A stretch of DNA of 64,000 bases from contig CM059432.1 in assembly GCA_030390025.1 (NCBI GenBank), forward strand, positions 121,832,001-121,896,000, read 5' to 3'. Source of the DNA: Squalus acanthias (Eukaryota). Under the pieces are notes generated by a model. The model was not told the origin of the DNA, searched no databases, and saw nothing but the letters and a program-made list of their open reading frames with translations. The translations under genes and the position numbers were made by a program. Below, piece by piece: positions 12,364 to 24,606 of this stretch. Every line of letters begins with the position of its first letter. The stretch's first letter is position 1.

Positions 12364-12682
12364 AATCTTTCTTAGAAAGAGGGCGGCACCTTGCGTGCGT
12401 GAATCTCCCAAGCGAGGCTCAACAAAAAAAGTTTGGGAACCTCTGTTGTACTGTTTCCATATCTAATCTTCAGCTAATAACTGGTGTTTTAAAATGAAAA
12501 CTATTTAAACATGTGGAATTGGTGCTATGCTTTCAGTTAGAAATCCTGGTTTGTAAATAAGAAGTGCCTGAACGTAAAAAATAGACTCTAACGACATATT
12601 CCTTTAATCCCTTTTACTAATCCGCAACTAGATTATGTTAATAAATGCAATGATTCATTATGACGTTAGAGAATTCAGGTAT

Positions 12683-13621
12683 CATAAGAACATAAGAACA
12701 TAAGAAATAAGAGCAGGAGTGGGACATTTGGCCCTACGAGCCTGCTCCACCATGCAATAAAATCATGGCTGATCTTCTACCTCAACTCCACTTTCCTGAA
12801 CTATCCCATATCCCTTGATTCCCTTAATATTCAAAAATCTAGTGATCTCTGTCAGGGGCGACAGCTCCGAAAGCTTGTAATTTTAAATAAATCTGTTGGA
12901 CTATAACCTGGTGTTGTGCGACTTCTCATTTTTGTCCACCCCAGTCCAACGCCGGCATCTCCACATCTTGAATATACTCAACAACTGAGCCTCCACAGCC
13001 CTCTGGGGTAGAGACTTCCAAAGATTCACCACCCTTCGAGTGAAGAAATTTCTCCTCATCTCAGTCCTAAATAGCCAACCCCTTATTCTGAGACTGTGAC
13101 CCCTGGCTCTAGACTCCCCAGCCAGGAGAAACATCTCCCTGCATCTACCCTGTCAAGCCCTGTAAGAATTTTGTATATCTCAATGAGATCACCTCTCATT
13201 CTTCTAAACTCTAGAGAATATAGGCCTAGTCTAATCAATCTCTTCTCATAGGACAATCCTCCCATTCCAGGAATCAGTCTGGTGAACCTTTGTTGCAAGT
13301 ATATCCTTCTATGGCAAGTATATCCTTCCTTAGGTAAGGAGACCAAAACTGTACACAATACTCCAGGTGTGGTCTCACCAGGACCCTATATAATTGCAGT
13401 AAGACGTATTTACTCTTATACTCAAATCCTCTTGTAATAAAGGCCAACATACCATTTGCTTTCCTAATTGCTTGCTGTACCTGCATGTTAATTTTCAGTG
13501 ATTAGTGTACAAGGACTCTGAACACCAACATTTCCCAATCTCTCACCATTTAAAAAATACTCTGCTTTTCTATTTTTCCTACCAAAGTGGATAACTTCAC
13601 GTTTCTCCACATTATATTCCA
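12683..13621 (-). mobile_element. CR1 LINE 3' portion
   Basis: LYRVLVRPHLEYCVQFWSP, RRMRGDLIE; (cataagaa)n tail at 12683-12710. Confidence 0.9.
12854..12967 (+). mobile_element. Penelope-like 3' terminal fragment (second family) inserted in CR1
   Basis: Splits CR1 at tctctgtc|ttgaat; begins with a hammerhead stem II-GAAAGCTT half-motif; aataaatctgttggactataacctgg...ccccagtccaac. Confidence 0.55.
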
Positions 13622-14081
13622 TTATTCTTAAGGATTTGACCTGCGAGGTCATGAAATTCAATCCTGTTCAGATCTGAACATGACTCCCTGTGCATGGGAA
13701 ACATGGGTGCATCCCTCCCACTGTACTACTAGGGTAAGTCAAGATGTAGTCACTGTTTCACAGCCAGGGTTTGGATCGAAGCACTAATCAGGATTTCAGG
13801 GAAAAATCCACTCACTGCTACTAGAATTATAGAATCATCCAGCACAGAAGGAAACCTCTCAGTCCACTAAGCCTGCGCCAGCTCTTTGAAAGAGCTATCC
13901 AATTAGTTCCACTACCTCACTCTTTCCCCAGAGCCATGTAAATCTTTCTTTTTCAAGTGTATATGCAATTCCTTTTTGAAAGTTATTATTGAATCTGCTT
14001 CTCCCACCCTTTGAGGGAATGTGTCTTTATTTGCAAGTGGGGGAGAAGGAGGTCAGGCTGTTGTGTCAAAGGTAGACTGAG

Positions 14082-14850
14082 TTAGACAGAGGAGAAGACT
14101 CCTGAGATAATTTGTCCTCTGATGCCAGTTGCAGCAGTCAGTGAGGAGTCTTCTGAGTGCAGGTCATCCTGATTGTCTACTCCATGTAGTTCTGGTTTCA
14201 CCACAAAGAGGCCTTCCTCCTCAGCCATGTCAAAGCCCAGACCTTCTTGAATTGCAAGGTTGTGAAGGTCACAGCAGGCTATGACTATTTTGGTTACCCA
14301 ATCTGAGACATAATGCAGATCCCCTCCTGACCTCTCCAGGTAGCAAAAGCGCGCTTTCAACATCCCGATGGTCTTCTCAATCACCAACCTCATTGCTGCA
14401 TGTACTTCGTTGTAGCGCCCCTCTGTTGCTAATTTGAAGCACTCTGATTGGGGACATTATCATAGGAGCAGGAAAAATGCGTTGTCGGCCAGCAGCTATC
14501 TGTGGATCTGATTCTCTTCGCTGGAGGTCAAGGAGGGCTGAATGATGAAGGATGAAGGAAACATGGCAACTGCCCGCATATCGGGCGTTGACATAGTGTG
14601 CCAATGTGTTAGTGAGAGGAGATGATTTTAAAACTGGGAATGTGAGAAAGATCCCTAGAGCAGGGAGAATTGTGTATTACATTCCAAGTACTACCACACT
14701 CCTATTTTCAATGCATGGAGACTATTGTGGAAATGTGTCATACTTAGCAAAAGGTCACAATAGTTTTGTTGCTGCCATGCCTGTCATTTAACACCTGTGG
14801 GAACATTATGGGAAAGTGATAAAGGATTTTCAGGGAAAATTCATGTTATG
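14082..14850 (-). pseudogene. Harbinger (HARBI1-like) transposase remnant
   Basis: VNARYAGSCH.SFIL; IEKTIGMLKARF.YLERSGG; IACC.LHNLA. Confidence 0.8.
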
Positions 14851-16030
14851 TAGAAAACATCTGATCAGGATTTGGGAAGACAGATAACCTTGTGAACAAA
14901 TTAATCGCACACTTGGAAATGCAGCTCACATAAGGTATCTGTCTGCATACAGACCTAGGAGACAAATCTTTGCTATACCTGTGAGCTGTTCTGCTTATTG
15001 ATATCTAACTAAAGTGGCAACTGTTTAATTGACAGTACAGTCAGCTCCAGCTTGTGACCAGTGACATAGAAAATCAATTGAATCAATTGACTGTAATTAG
15101 TATATAGAGAAAATATTAATAATGCATTAATTCCATAAATTTCTCCACAAGCCTTCTGAAAGAATCTCGACAACCAACACTACAAAATTTATATCTTCAT
15201 GATTACTAAATGAGAATTGAAAGGAGTAAAAAATAGGGTTAACTATAAGTTTCTGAATAATTAAAAGCAGTTTCTCTGAGGAATGTTTGGTGAATGGCCG
15301 AAGTGGCTATTCCTCATGTGTGAATTTTGTAAATGTTTGACAAGCTATTCAGCCTTGAGGGAGCTTGAACCTGTTCTCACCTGATATCCACACACCAAAA
15401 ACTTCCCAGTAGAAGTCAGTAATAGTGATCAGGAGCAGCAACCCCAACATAGAGCCATGTTTCTAGTTTATTTCCTAATCCAGACAAACCAATTAAATGT
15501 TAAAACTGTATCCAAATACATATATACATACATTTTATGTATACACAATTAATTATATTCTCAAATCTATGGAGGGATTGCTCAATATTTTGGAATTCCT
15601 GGAGCTTATAGTAACAATAGTGAAGCCTTAGAATGATAGATCTCTTGTATAAATGATAGATTCCACCTTTTTCAAGCAACCTATTGCATCTTTTGTTGAT
15701 CACTTACGACAAATTATATCTCCATAATTATTGGTTAAGCTTTCCCTCTCAGTTTGATGCTGAGTACTTTAAACATTTCATATCTCTAATAATCCACATG
15801 GTTCATCATCTTGAAACTTACTACAGCGTCAGATGGCTCGAAATTGGCCAACTTCCACACTGCTGACGACTTGGCAATGCTCTTGCCATCACTCGTTGGC
15901 ATGTGAATGGTACCAATCTTTCGCAAGCCAGGAACTTCTTCACAAATTAGAAACTCATTGAAAGTAATGCCTCTTAGTTAAGCATTTTAAATGGGAATAA
16001 CACTCATTTAGTAGAGTATATTAAAAGAGT

Positions 16031-17557
16031 CCTCCTCAATCCTCTTCAATTGCCTTCTCCCAGTGGCTGAAGAGCTCCTCCCAGAGTCGCAATGCGGATT
16101 CCGCCCACTAAGGGGCACAATGGACATGATCTTCACTACACGTCAATTACAAGAGAAATGCAGGGAACAGCACCAACCGCTGTACATGGCCTTCTTTGAT
16201 CTCACAAAGGCCTTCGACACTGTCAACCATGAGGGATTATGGAGTGTCCTCCTCAAATTCGGCTGCCCTCAAAAGTTTGTCACCTTCCTCCGCCTGCTTC
16301 ACGACGACATGCAAGCCGTGATCCTGACCAACGGTTCCACCACAGACCCAATTCACGTACAAACCGGGGTCAAGCAAGGCTGTGTCATCGCACCAACGCT
16401 CTTCTCGATCTTCCTTGCTGCAATGCTCCATCTCACCCTCAGTAAGCTCCCCAATGGAGTGGAGCTAATTTACAGAACAAACGGGAAACTGTTCAACCTC
16501 CGTCACCTCCAGTCCAAATCCAAGGTCGTCCCATCCTCTGTCGTCGAATTACAGTATGCAGATGACGCTTGTGTCTGCGCTCACTCGGAGGTCAAACTCC
16601 AAACCATCGTCAACACCTTCACCGAAGCGTACGAGAGCATGGGCCTTACACTAAACATCCATAAGACAAAGGTCCTCTACCAACCTGCCCCCGCCACACA
16701 GTACTGCTCCCCGATTATTAAAATCCACGACAAGGCCTTGGACAACATGGACCACTTTCCATACCTCGGAAGCCTACTGTCAACAAGGGCAGACGTCGAC
16801 GACAAAGTCCAACACCGCCTTCAGTGTGTCAGTGCAGCCTTCGGTCGCCTGAGGAAGAGAGTGTTTGAAGACCAGGACCTCAAACCCGACACTAAGCTCA
16901 TGGTCTACAGAGCAGCAGTGATAACCGCCCTGCTGTATGCCTCAGAGACATGGACCATGTACAGCAGGCACCTCAAAGCACTGGAGAGGTACCACCAACG
17001 CTGCCTCCGCAAGATCCTGCAAATCCATTGGCAGGATATGCGCACCAACGTCAGTGTTCTCGCTCAGGCCAACATCCCCAGCATTGAAGCTTTGACCACG
17101 CTCGATCAGCTCCGATGGACAGGTCACATCGTCCGCATGCCCGATACGAGACTCCCAAAACAAGCGCTCTACTCGGAGCTCCAGCATGGCAAGAGAGCCC
17201 CAGGTGGGCAGAGGAAATGCTTCAAGGACACCCTCAAAGCCTCCTTGAAAAAGTGTAACATCCCCACCGACACCTGGGAATCCCTGGCCCAAGACCGCAC
17301 AAAGTGGAGGAGAAGCATCCGGGAAGGCGCCGAACACCTCGAATCTCTTCGCTGGGAGCAAGCGGACGTCAAGCGCAGGCAGTGCAAGGAGCGCACGTCA
17401 ACCCAAGCACCCCACCCACCCGCCCCTTCAACCACCGTCTGCCCCACCTGTGACAGAGACTGTCGGTCGCATATTGGACTCATCAGTCACCTGCAAACTA
17501 TTTTTAATGTGGAAGCAAGTCATCCTCGGTTCTGAGGGACTGCCTAAGAAGAAGAAG
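16031..17557 (+). mobile_element. RTE-clade LINE, 5'-truncated
   Basis: Perfect 13-bp TSD atattaaaagagt (16018-16030 / 17558-17570); (aag)n tail. Confidence 0.92.
16063..17535 (+). CDS. RTE reverse transcriptase (truncated, frame open) with C-terminal CCHH-like zinc finger
   Basis: PESQCGFR, FFDLTKAFD, GVKQGCV, YADD, YLGS, CPTCDRDC...LISH. Confidence 0.88.
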   Translation: MAEELLPESQCGFRPLRGTMDMIFTTRQLQEKCREQHQPLYMAFFDLTKAFDTVNHEGLWSVLLKFGCPQKFVTFLRLLHDDMQAVILTNGSTTDPIHVQTGVKQGCVIAPTLFSIFLAAMLHLTLSKLPNGVELIYRTNGKLFNLRHLQSKSKVVPSSVVELQYADDACVCAHSEVKLQTIVNTFTEAYESMGLTLNIHKTKVLYQPAPATQYCSPIIKIHDKALDNMDHFPYLGSLLSTRADVDDKVQHRLQCVSAAFGRLRKRVFEDQDLKPDTKLMVYRAAVITALLYASETWTMYSRHLKALERYHQRCLRKILQIHWQDMRTNVSVLAQANIPSIEALTTLDQLRWTGHIVRMPDTRLPKQALYSELQHGKRAPGGQRKCFKDTLKASLKKCNIPTDTWESLAQDRTKWRRSIREGAEHLESLRWEQADVKRRQCKERTSTQAPHPPAPSTTVCPTCDRDCRSHIGLISHLQTIFNVEASHPRF

Positions 17558-18586
17558 ATATTAAAAGAGTTACAATAAACTGTTGGACTTGTTGAGCCTC
17601 TTTAAGCCTACGCAAAGTGCATTCCTTCACTTAAACAAAAGCAAAATACTACGGATGCAACATCGAAGAAAGCACAGAATAAGGTCCTGCTTTCTTCTGA
17701 CTGGGTTAACAAAGGAGAAAAGATTAATACTCATTCAAAAGAGTGCACTATGGAGACTGAACCCCCCCCGGAATGGTTTCGGTCCTGATATTCAAAACTA
17801 TGTTGAGATTAGAATTTTTTCCAGAACCGTTACAAAAAAGAGAGGTTTATTTGTGTTCTTTTTACGACCATTAATAATACAGGGACTGGAATTCTGCAGC
17901 CATTCCACTGATCTCTTGCCATAACCCCTGTGGAAATTCAACCCCTTTGTATTAAAAGGGGAATTCCATCTTGCAGGCTCTACATTCGGTTATATATGGA
18001 GAAGGGTGTTTTAGCAGTTAAAATATTTTACAGATTGCAAAGAAATATTAATATCCAAAAAGATAGTCATTGCATTAAAACAATAAATAACTGTTCGAAC
18101 CTATACATCTAAAGCATTATGATTAACAATTAAACTCTGTCATACTTTCGATATTATTACTTATTTTTGGATTACTTTCCACCATTAAATTTAGAAAAAA
18201 AAAACCCACAGAAGTAATTGCTTGCTTACTGAAGTGATTCTTATCCTTTTGCTCCACAGCATAACCTATTCTGGTTGAAATTCCCCTGAATGATGTAACC
18301 TATCCTGCAGCAGATGCACTGTTAATGATGCTTTGATGCCATATGTCAAACCTCATCACTTGCTGAGTGGAGTGACATTTCTTTTGATAGCTCCTAGCAA
18401 CAGTGATATACGTTGTTGGTGGTCACCTCGCACTGTACAAATAATTCCTGCAGCAAATACAGTTATTTTCAGTTTCACGCTAAGCTGCATATAGCTCACA
18501 GCTTTCCAATCTGTTATCTGAATAAAAGGTATTATCACAAAGACAGCCTTTTTAACGCAAACAATTGTTTGCTTACCAGAAACATT

Positions 18587-18925
18587 GGGCTGGATTTTCA
18601 ATGACCCGTGGAGTCGGGTTTGGAGGCGTGTGGGGGGTTAAAGTAGCAGATTCGGGGGTCCCGACCCCATCCCGACTCCAACACGCCTCCACGCAATTTT
18701 GACAAAATGGGTCACAGGGTTCCTGACTCCGTCCCGCCTCCAAGAGGCGCGAGAGGCCATTAACGCTCTTAACTATCCCTAAATTGGCTCTGTAATGCCA
18801 TTTTGAAACGTTTTAGCTAGTTTAACCCTTTTCCGACATGAAGTACGCCTGATGTGAAACACGCCAGTGAAACCTGGTGGGAGCACAAGTGGATAGCTGA
18901 CTATCAGCTGCAGGTCCACTATTAC
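18587..18925 (+). mobile_element. Harbinger left-terminal fragment
   Basis: gggctggatttt TIR and subterminal sequence homologous to 41512-41815 (taatgccattttga; cacaagtggat...cagctgcag). Confidence 0.7.
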
Positions 18926-19296
18926 AATGGAGATGTGATGAAGGTAGTAGTAGTATTAGGTCTGAAAGTCGCCTCTGATACTGCTGCATTGAACGTCTTC
19001 AGAAACTGCCTGGCCTTTGCTGTGAGAGGACCTGGATGCAAAAAAAATTCTCTCTCTCTTTCTCTCTCTCATAAAGATGGGATATTCCATTAGAGACAGG
19101 GCTTTCCTATCGTTCTGTCCTGAGTGAGAATGACCCATAATGAAGGTCTTTCTCATGAGGGGAAAAGCAATGGAGTGTATTGTTGCCAAATGGGATGGTC
19201 TGTTCATTCTATAGCCATCACAATTATTAAATTAATTCCATGAATCATTAAATGCTGATTCACTCACCTATTATTGATATTACTTTCACTGCTGTG

Positions 19297-20110
19297 AATA
19301 ACAACAACAACTTGCATTTATATAGTGCATTTAAATGTCCCAAGGCATTCCACAAGTGTGGTATCAAACAAAATTTGACACCGAGCCACATATTAGGGCC
19401 GATGACCAAAAGCTTGGTCAAAGAGGTAGGTTTTAAGGAGCATCTTAAAGGAGCAGAGAGAGGCAGAGAGGTTTAGGGAGGGAATTCGAGAGCATAGAGT
19501 CTCGGCAGCTGAAGGCTCGGCCGCAATGGTGGTGTGATAAAAATCTGGTATATGTAAGAGGCCAGAATTGGAGGAGCGCAGAGTTGTCGTAGGGTTGTAG
19601 GGCTGAGGAGGTTACAGAGAGAGGCTAGGCCATGGAAGGATTTGAAAACAAGGATGAGAATTATAAAATCGAGGCGTTGTCAGACTGGGAGCCAATGTAG
19701 GTCAGCGAGCACAGGGGTAATGGGTGAACGGGACTTGGTTCAAGTTTGGAAACGGGCAGCAGAGTTTTGGATAAGCTGAAGTTTACAGAGGGTGCAAGAT
19801 GGGAGGCCAGCCATGAAAGCATTGGAATAGTCGTGTCTAGAGGTAACAAAGGCATGGATAGGGTTTCAGCAGCAGATAAGCTGAGGCAGGGGCAGAGACG
19901 GGCAAAGTTACGGAGGTGAAAGTTGTCAGTCTTGGTGATGGAGTAGATATGGGGTCAGAAGCTCAGCTGAGGGTCAAATAGGATGATAAGTTTGTGAACT
20001 GTCTGGTTCAGCTTCTGACAAGTGGCCAGCGAGAGGGATGGAGTCGATGGCTAACGAACGGAGTTTGTGGTGGGGACCGAAGACAATGGCTTTGGTCTTC
20101 CCAATATTTA
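19297..20110 (-). mobile_element. L2 LINE 3' fragment
   Basis: Reverse-complement homologue of 39600-40443; (caa)n tail. Confidence 0.8.
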
Positions 20111-20868
20111 TATATGAAGTTGTCACATTAGTGAACTATGAAATTTCCCAGCATAAATACAGGCCACTGTATTATTCACACTGTTTTAATTATTACTTAC
20201 CTCAATGAAGAAGTTACACCTTTCTAGGGACATTCTTTGTTCTGTGGAGTGTTTATGCATTATCCATGCAGGGGTTGAAATTTCACAGAGAGTCCACCTA
20301 TCTCCTGCCGTAACTCCAGCATCAGACTGATGGAGCCCCTATAGAATTTCAGCCCCTTTATTGTTAGTCTTTAAACTAATACACATTCTCTGTGGCAATA
20401 TGATGTCGTGACAATAACGGAAAACGTGGACTTAAAAATGGTGAGGACTGGGCACTTAATATTCAAGGGTACAAGGTGTTCAGAAAAGATAGGGAAGGAA
20501 AAAAGGGAGGTGGGTTGGCAGTGCTGAATAAGGAAGACATTGTAATGTTGGAAAGGGAGGTTGTTCTTGAGGGGACAAGGACAGAATCCATTTGGTTAGA
20601 GTTGAGGAGCAAAAAGGGTTTGATCACGCGATTGGGGGTATTCTACAGACCTCCAAATAGTGAGAGGGAGGTAGAGGAGCAAATCTGCAGGGAAATCACA
20701 GAGATATGCAAGAGCTATAGAGTGGTGATATTGGGGGACTTTAATTACCCAAATATCGATTGGGGATAATGCTAGGGTAAAGGGAAAGGAGGGGGAGGAA
20801 TTTCTGAAATGTGTTCAGGAGAATTTCCTTGACCAGTATGTTCTTGGCCCAACTAGGAAGGAGGCATT

Positions 20869-21302
20869 AATATGATAGCAAAATACTGCAGATGCTGGAA
20901 ATCCGAAATAACAACAGAAAACGCTGGAAAAACTCAGCAGGCGAGGCAGCATCCGTGGAGAGAGAAACAGAGTTCACGTTTCAGGTCGAGACCTTTCGTC
21001 AGAAGCTGGCAGCTGTCCTTCATTCTGCCAGTGCATTTAACACTTCTTTTAGCCTTAACCTGTCACATTAACACCACCTCTTGCCTTGAATATCTCTTAA
21101 TGTCTCTTAATGTCGCTTAATCTCTCCTTTTGTTCTTTCATCCCCTCCCCCTTTTCCCAGCTTTATCCTTCCCTTAAATCTATTTGATTTCCTGCTGTTT
21201 CCAGTTCTGACGAAAGGTCTCGACCTGAAACGTTAACTCTGTTTCTCTCTCCACGGATGCTGCCTCGCCTGCTGAGTTTTTCCAGCGTTTTCTGTTGTTA
21301 TT
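20869..21302 (+). mobile_element. fold-back Penelope-like mini element
   Basis: ~100-bp inverted arms; middle matches the 3' UTR of the 54838-55289 element; TSD taggaaggag(g/a)catt (20854-20868 / 21303-21317). Confidence 0.85.
21203..21238 (+). ncRNA. minimal type I hammerhead ribozyme motif
   Basis: agtt-CTGACGA-a-aggt(ctcg)acct-GAAACGTT-aact. Confidence 0.7.
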
Positions 21303-23984
21303 TAGGAAGGAGACATTGCTGGATCTGGTGCTGGGGAATGAGGTGGGCCAGGTCGACCAAGTGTCTCTGGGAGAACACTTGGGTACGAGTGATCATCATA
21401 AGATTTAGATTAGCAATGGAGAGGAGCAAGGAACAATCTAGAGTAGAACTTCTAAACTGGAATAGGGCTAACTTCAATAGGATGCGAAAAGATCTAGCCA
21501 GGGTAAAATGGAACCAAAGACTGACAGGAAAAACTGTAATGGAACAATGGGTGATCTTTAAGGAGGAGATGTTCCAAGTACAGGCTAGGTATATTCCAAC
21601 AAGAGGGAAGGGTAAGGGAATCAAAGCAAGGGCTCCTTGGATGACGAGGGAGATTGAGAAGATGATGAAACAAAAAAAGAGGGTGTCTGATGAATGTCAG
21701 GTGAATTCTTCAAGGGAGAACTGGACCAAATACAATAAGTTGAGAGGGGAAGTGAAGATGAAAATAAGCTTGGCAAAGAGAGAATATGAGAGTCGAATGG
21801 CTGTTAACATAAAAGGGAACCCAAAAATCTTCTACTGGCATGTAAACCATAAGCGGGTAGCAAGAGGCGGGGTGGGGCCTATTAGGGACAAAGAAGGTGA
21901 TATATGCTTAGAGGTGCAGGGGAAGGCAAGAATACTCAATGAGTACTTTGTATCGGTGTTTACTAAGGAAGTGAATGCTGACAAAATATCGGTAGAAGTG
22001 GAAAAGGTAGAAGCAATGGAAGGGGTGAAAATTGATAGACAGGATGTACTAGAAAGACTGGGTATGATTAGAGTGGATAAGTTACCTGGTCCAGATGGCT
22101 TGCATCCCAGGTTGCTAAGCGAATTGTGGGAGGAGATAGCAGAAGGGCTTCCAATAATTTTCCAATCTTCCCTAGATGTGGGGGAGGTGCCTGAGGATTG
22201 GAAAGTGGAAAATATGACACCATTGTTCAAGAAAGGGTGTAAGGACAATCCTAGTAACTACAGGCCGGTCAGTTTAACATCAGTGGTGGGTAAAGTTTTA
22301 GAAACAATAATCAAGGAAAAAATTAATGGGCACTTGGAGAGGTTTAAGCTAATTAAGGAGAGCCAACACGGATTTGTAAAAGGCAGATCATGTTTGACTA
22401 ATCTAACTGAATTTTTTGATGAAGTAACAGGGAGGATCGATGAAGGGAATGCAATGGATGTTGTCTACATAGCTTTTCGGAAGGCGTTTGACAAAGTACC
22501 ACATAGCTGGCTGGTTAACAAAATTGAGGCTCATGGAATAGGTGGGTCAGTGGCAGCTTGGATAAGGAATTGGCGTAAGGACAGAAAACAGCGAGTTGTG
22601 TCAAATGGCTGCTTTTCAGACTGGAGGATGGTAGACAGTGGTGTTCCCCAAGGGTCAGTACTGGGGCCACTGCTTTTTTTGATATTTATAAATGACCTGG
22701 ATATTGGAGTACAAAGTAGAATTTCTAAATTTGCCGATGACATCAAACTTGGGGGTGTGGCAAACAGTGAGGATGATACCAATCGACTGCAACAGGACAT
22801 AGAAAGGCTAGCAGAATGGGTAGACAAGTGGCAGATGGAATTTAATACAGAGACGTGTGAGGTGATGCATTTTGGCAGAAGGAACAGGAAGAGGCAATAT
22901 ACACTTAATGGCACAGTTTTAAAGAGTGTGCAGGGACAGAGGGACCTGGAGTTAATGTGCATAGGTCCCTGAAGGTGGCGGGACATATTGAGAGAGTGGT
23001 TAGCAAAGCATATGGGATCTTGGGCTCTATAAATAGAGGTATTGAGTACAAAAGTAAAGAAGTTATGCTGAACCTTTACAAAGCGCTGGTTATGCCACAA
23101 CTGGCGTATTGCGTCCGGTTCTGGTCACCACACTTTAGCAAGGATATGAAGGCACTTGAAAGGGTGCAGAGGAGATTTTCCAGAATGGTTCCGGGGATGG
23201 GGAATCTTAGCTACAAGGCCAGGTTGGAGAAGCTGGATTTGTTTTCATTAGAGCAAAGGAGGTTGAGGGGTGATTTGATAGAGGTGTACAAGATTATGAT
23301 GTGTTTGGATAGGCTAGACGGGGAAAGGCTGTTCCCACTAGTTGATAGTACAAGGACCAGGGGACACAGATTTAAGGTTTTAGGCAAGAGATACAGGGGG
23401 GAATGTGAGGAAAATCTTTTTTACACAGCGAGTGGTGAGGACCTGGAACTCGCTGCCGACGGAAGTGATGGAAGTGGAGACACTCAATGTTTTCAAGGGG
23501 AGACTGGATAGGCACTTGAAGGAAATAAACTTGCAGGGCTACGGGGATAGAGCGGGGGAATGGGACTGACTGGATTGCTCTACAGAGAGCCGACATGGAC
23601 TCGATAGGCTGAATGGCCTCTATCTGTGCCGTTATGACTCTATGATTCTATGACTCATCTATTCACATTAAACTGATAGAGCTTTGGAGATGAGCATGTA
23701 GGTTAATTTGTGACTTTTCACTCAACTTTATTAATTGTTAACTCCCTTTATGGCTTATCCAGTGAGCAGCTGAGCCACATGGACCAGGAACATCTCAAGT
23801 TCAATCCCCATTCCATAGTGGGTTAGCTGATCTTATGTAGGGTGGCGGTAAGGGCCTAGACAACTGGTCTAGGAACAAGAAACTGTCCAGGATCCTTTTC
23901 CCATCTGGAGAAATCTCTGTTTCTCTCTAGTAACCATCACCATCCTGATCTCCCCACGAAGTGTGAAAAAGTTTCATTTTGTAG

Positions 23985-24335
23985 TGATGTTAACTTGCAG
24001 GTTAAGACAGAGACTGCACTAATTCCAGCTAATCAGTTCGAAATCGGAAGATTTAAACAGACCTTAGACCTAGCTGCCTACGTTCCATCTAAGCGCTCAG
24101 TGGAACAACGATTCTTGCAAAGTCACTGAATCACTGAAAAAGGACCATCATGGCTGGCAACTTTAACGCAACTAGCCTCAACTCAAGGAACACATGGGAC
24201 AGGGAGCTTTGGAATGTGCAAGCACTGCACCGGCACTGCTTCCTACATGCAAGATAATGGCATTTGGTGCACCACAGTTAGCAACACACAAGCTCAAGGC
24301 ATTCATTACACATGTGTTAACATTTCTGGGTTAAG
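23985..24335 (+). other. candidate exon-like segment
   Basis: Acceptors ttcattttgtAG and ttaacttgcAG in the same frame; 112 codons with one TGA (24127-24129); AG|GTAGAG. Confidence 0.2.
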
Positions 24336-24606
24336 GTAGAGGATATGAGCCAAGCATGTACAATAGGATTGTTAGCATTCAGAAGTAAAAATTACAGTGC
24401 CTAGGGAGATGACTGGGCATAAGGCCACCATACCATACCAGTTCTGAGCTGCGTTTGTTAAAGATGTGTAACATTATGCCTATTTATTAGTTATGTGTAC
24501 AATCAGTAAACCTTAGGTTACTGAATATATTTTGTACCAATAATACTTTTGAACCTTATTTGCATATTATCTGCCACCGTGAACAATTAATTATCTAATA
24601 CATATG

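Larger units (their letters stand above)
9580..12445 (+). mobile_element. hAT (Charlie/Buster-type) element with nested insertions
   Basis: TIRs cagagcttcccaaactt / aagtttgggaacctctg (16/17 match); transposase remnant inside; TSD degraded. Confidence 0.7.
20395..23652 (+). mobile_element. CR1 LINE, near-complete ORF2 (EN+RT), disrupted
   Basis: YRPP, GDFN, PGPDG, NYRPVSL, QHGF, VPQGSVLGP, FADD; frameshift near 22960; (tatgac/ttc)n tail. Confidence 0.95.

Noticed and set aside
21257..21320. Start of the 571-aa ORF as a real N-terminus
   Set aside because: The ATG lies in the Penelope insert; the ORF is a broken CR1 ORF2.
22531..23100. Antisense ORFs over CR1 and RTE (also 16942-17483)
   Set aside because: Shadows of RT coding sequence.
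24127..24129. Selenocysteine read-through of the in-frame TGA
   Set aside because: No SECIS or selenoprotein motif identified by eye.
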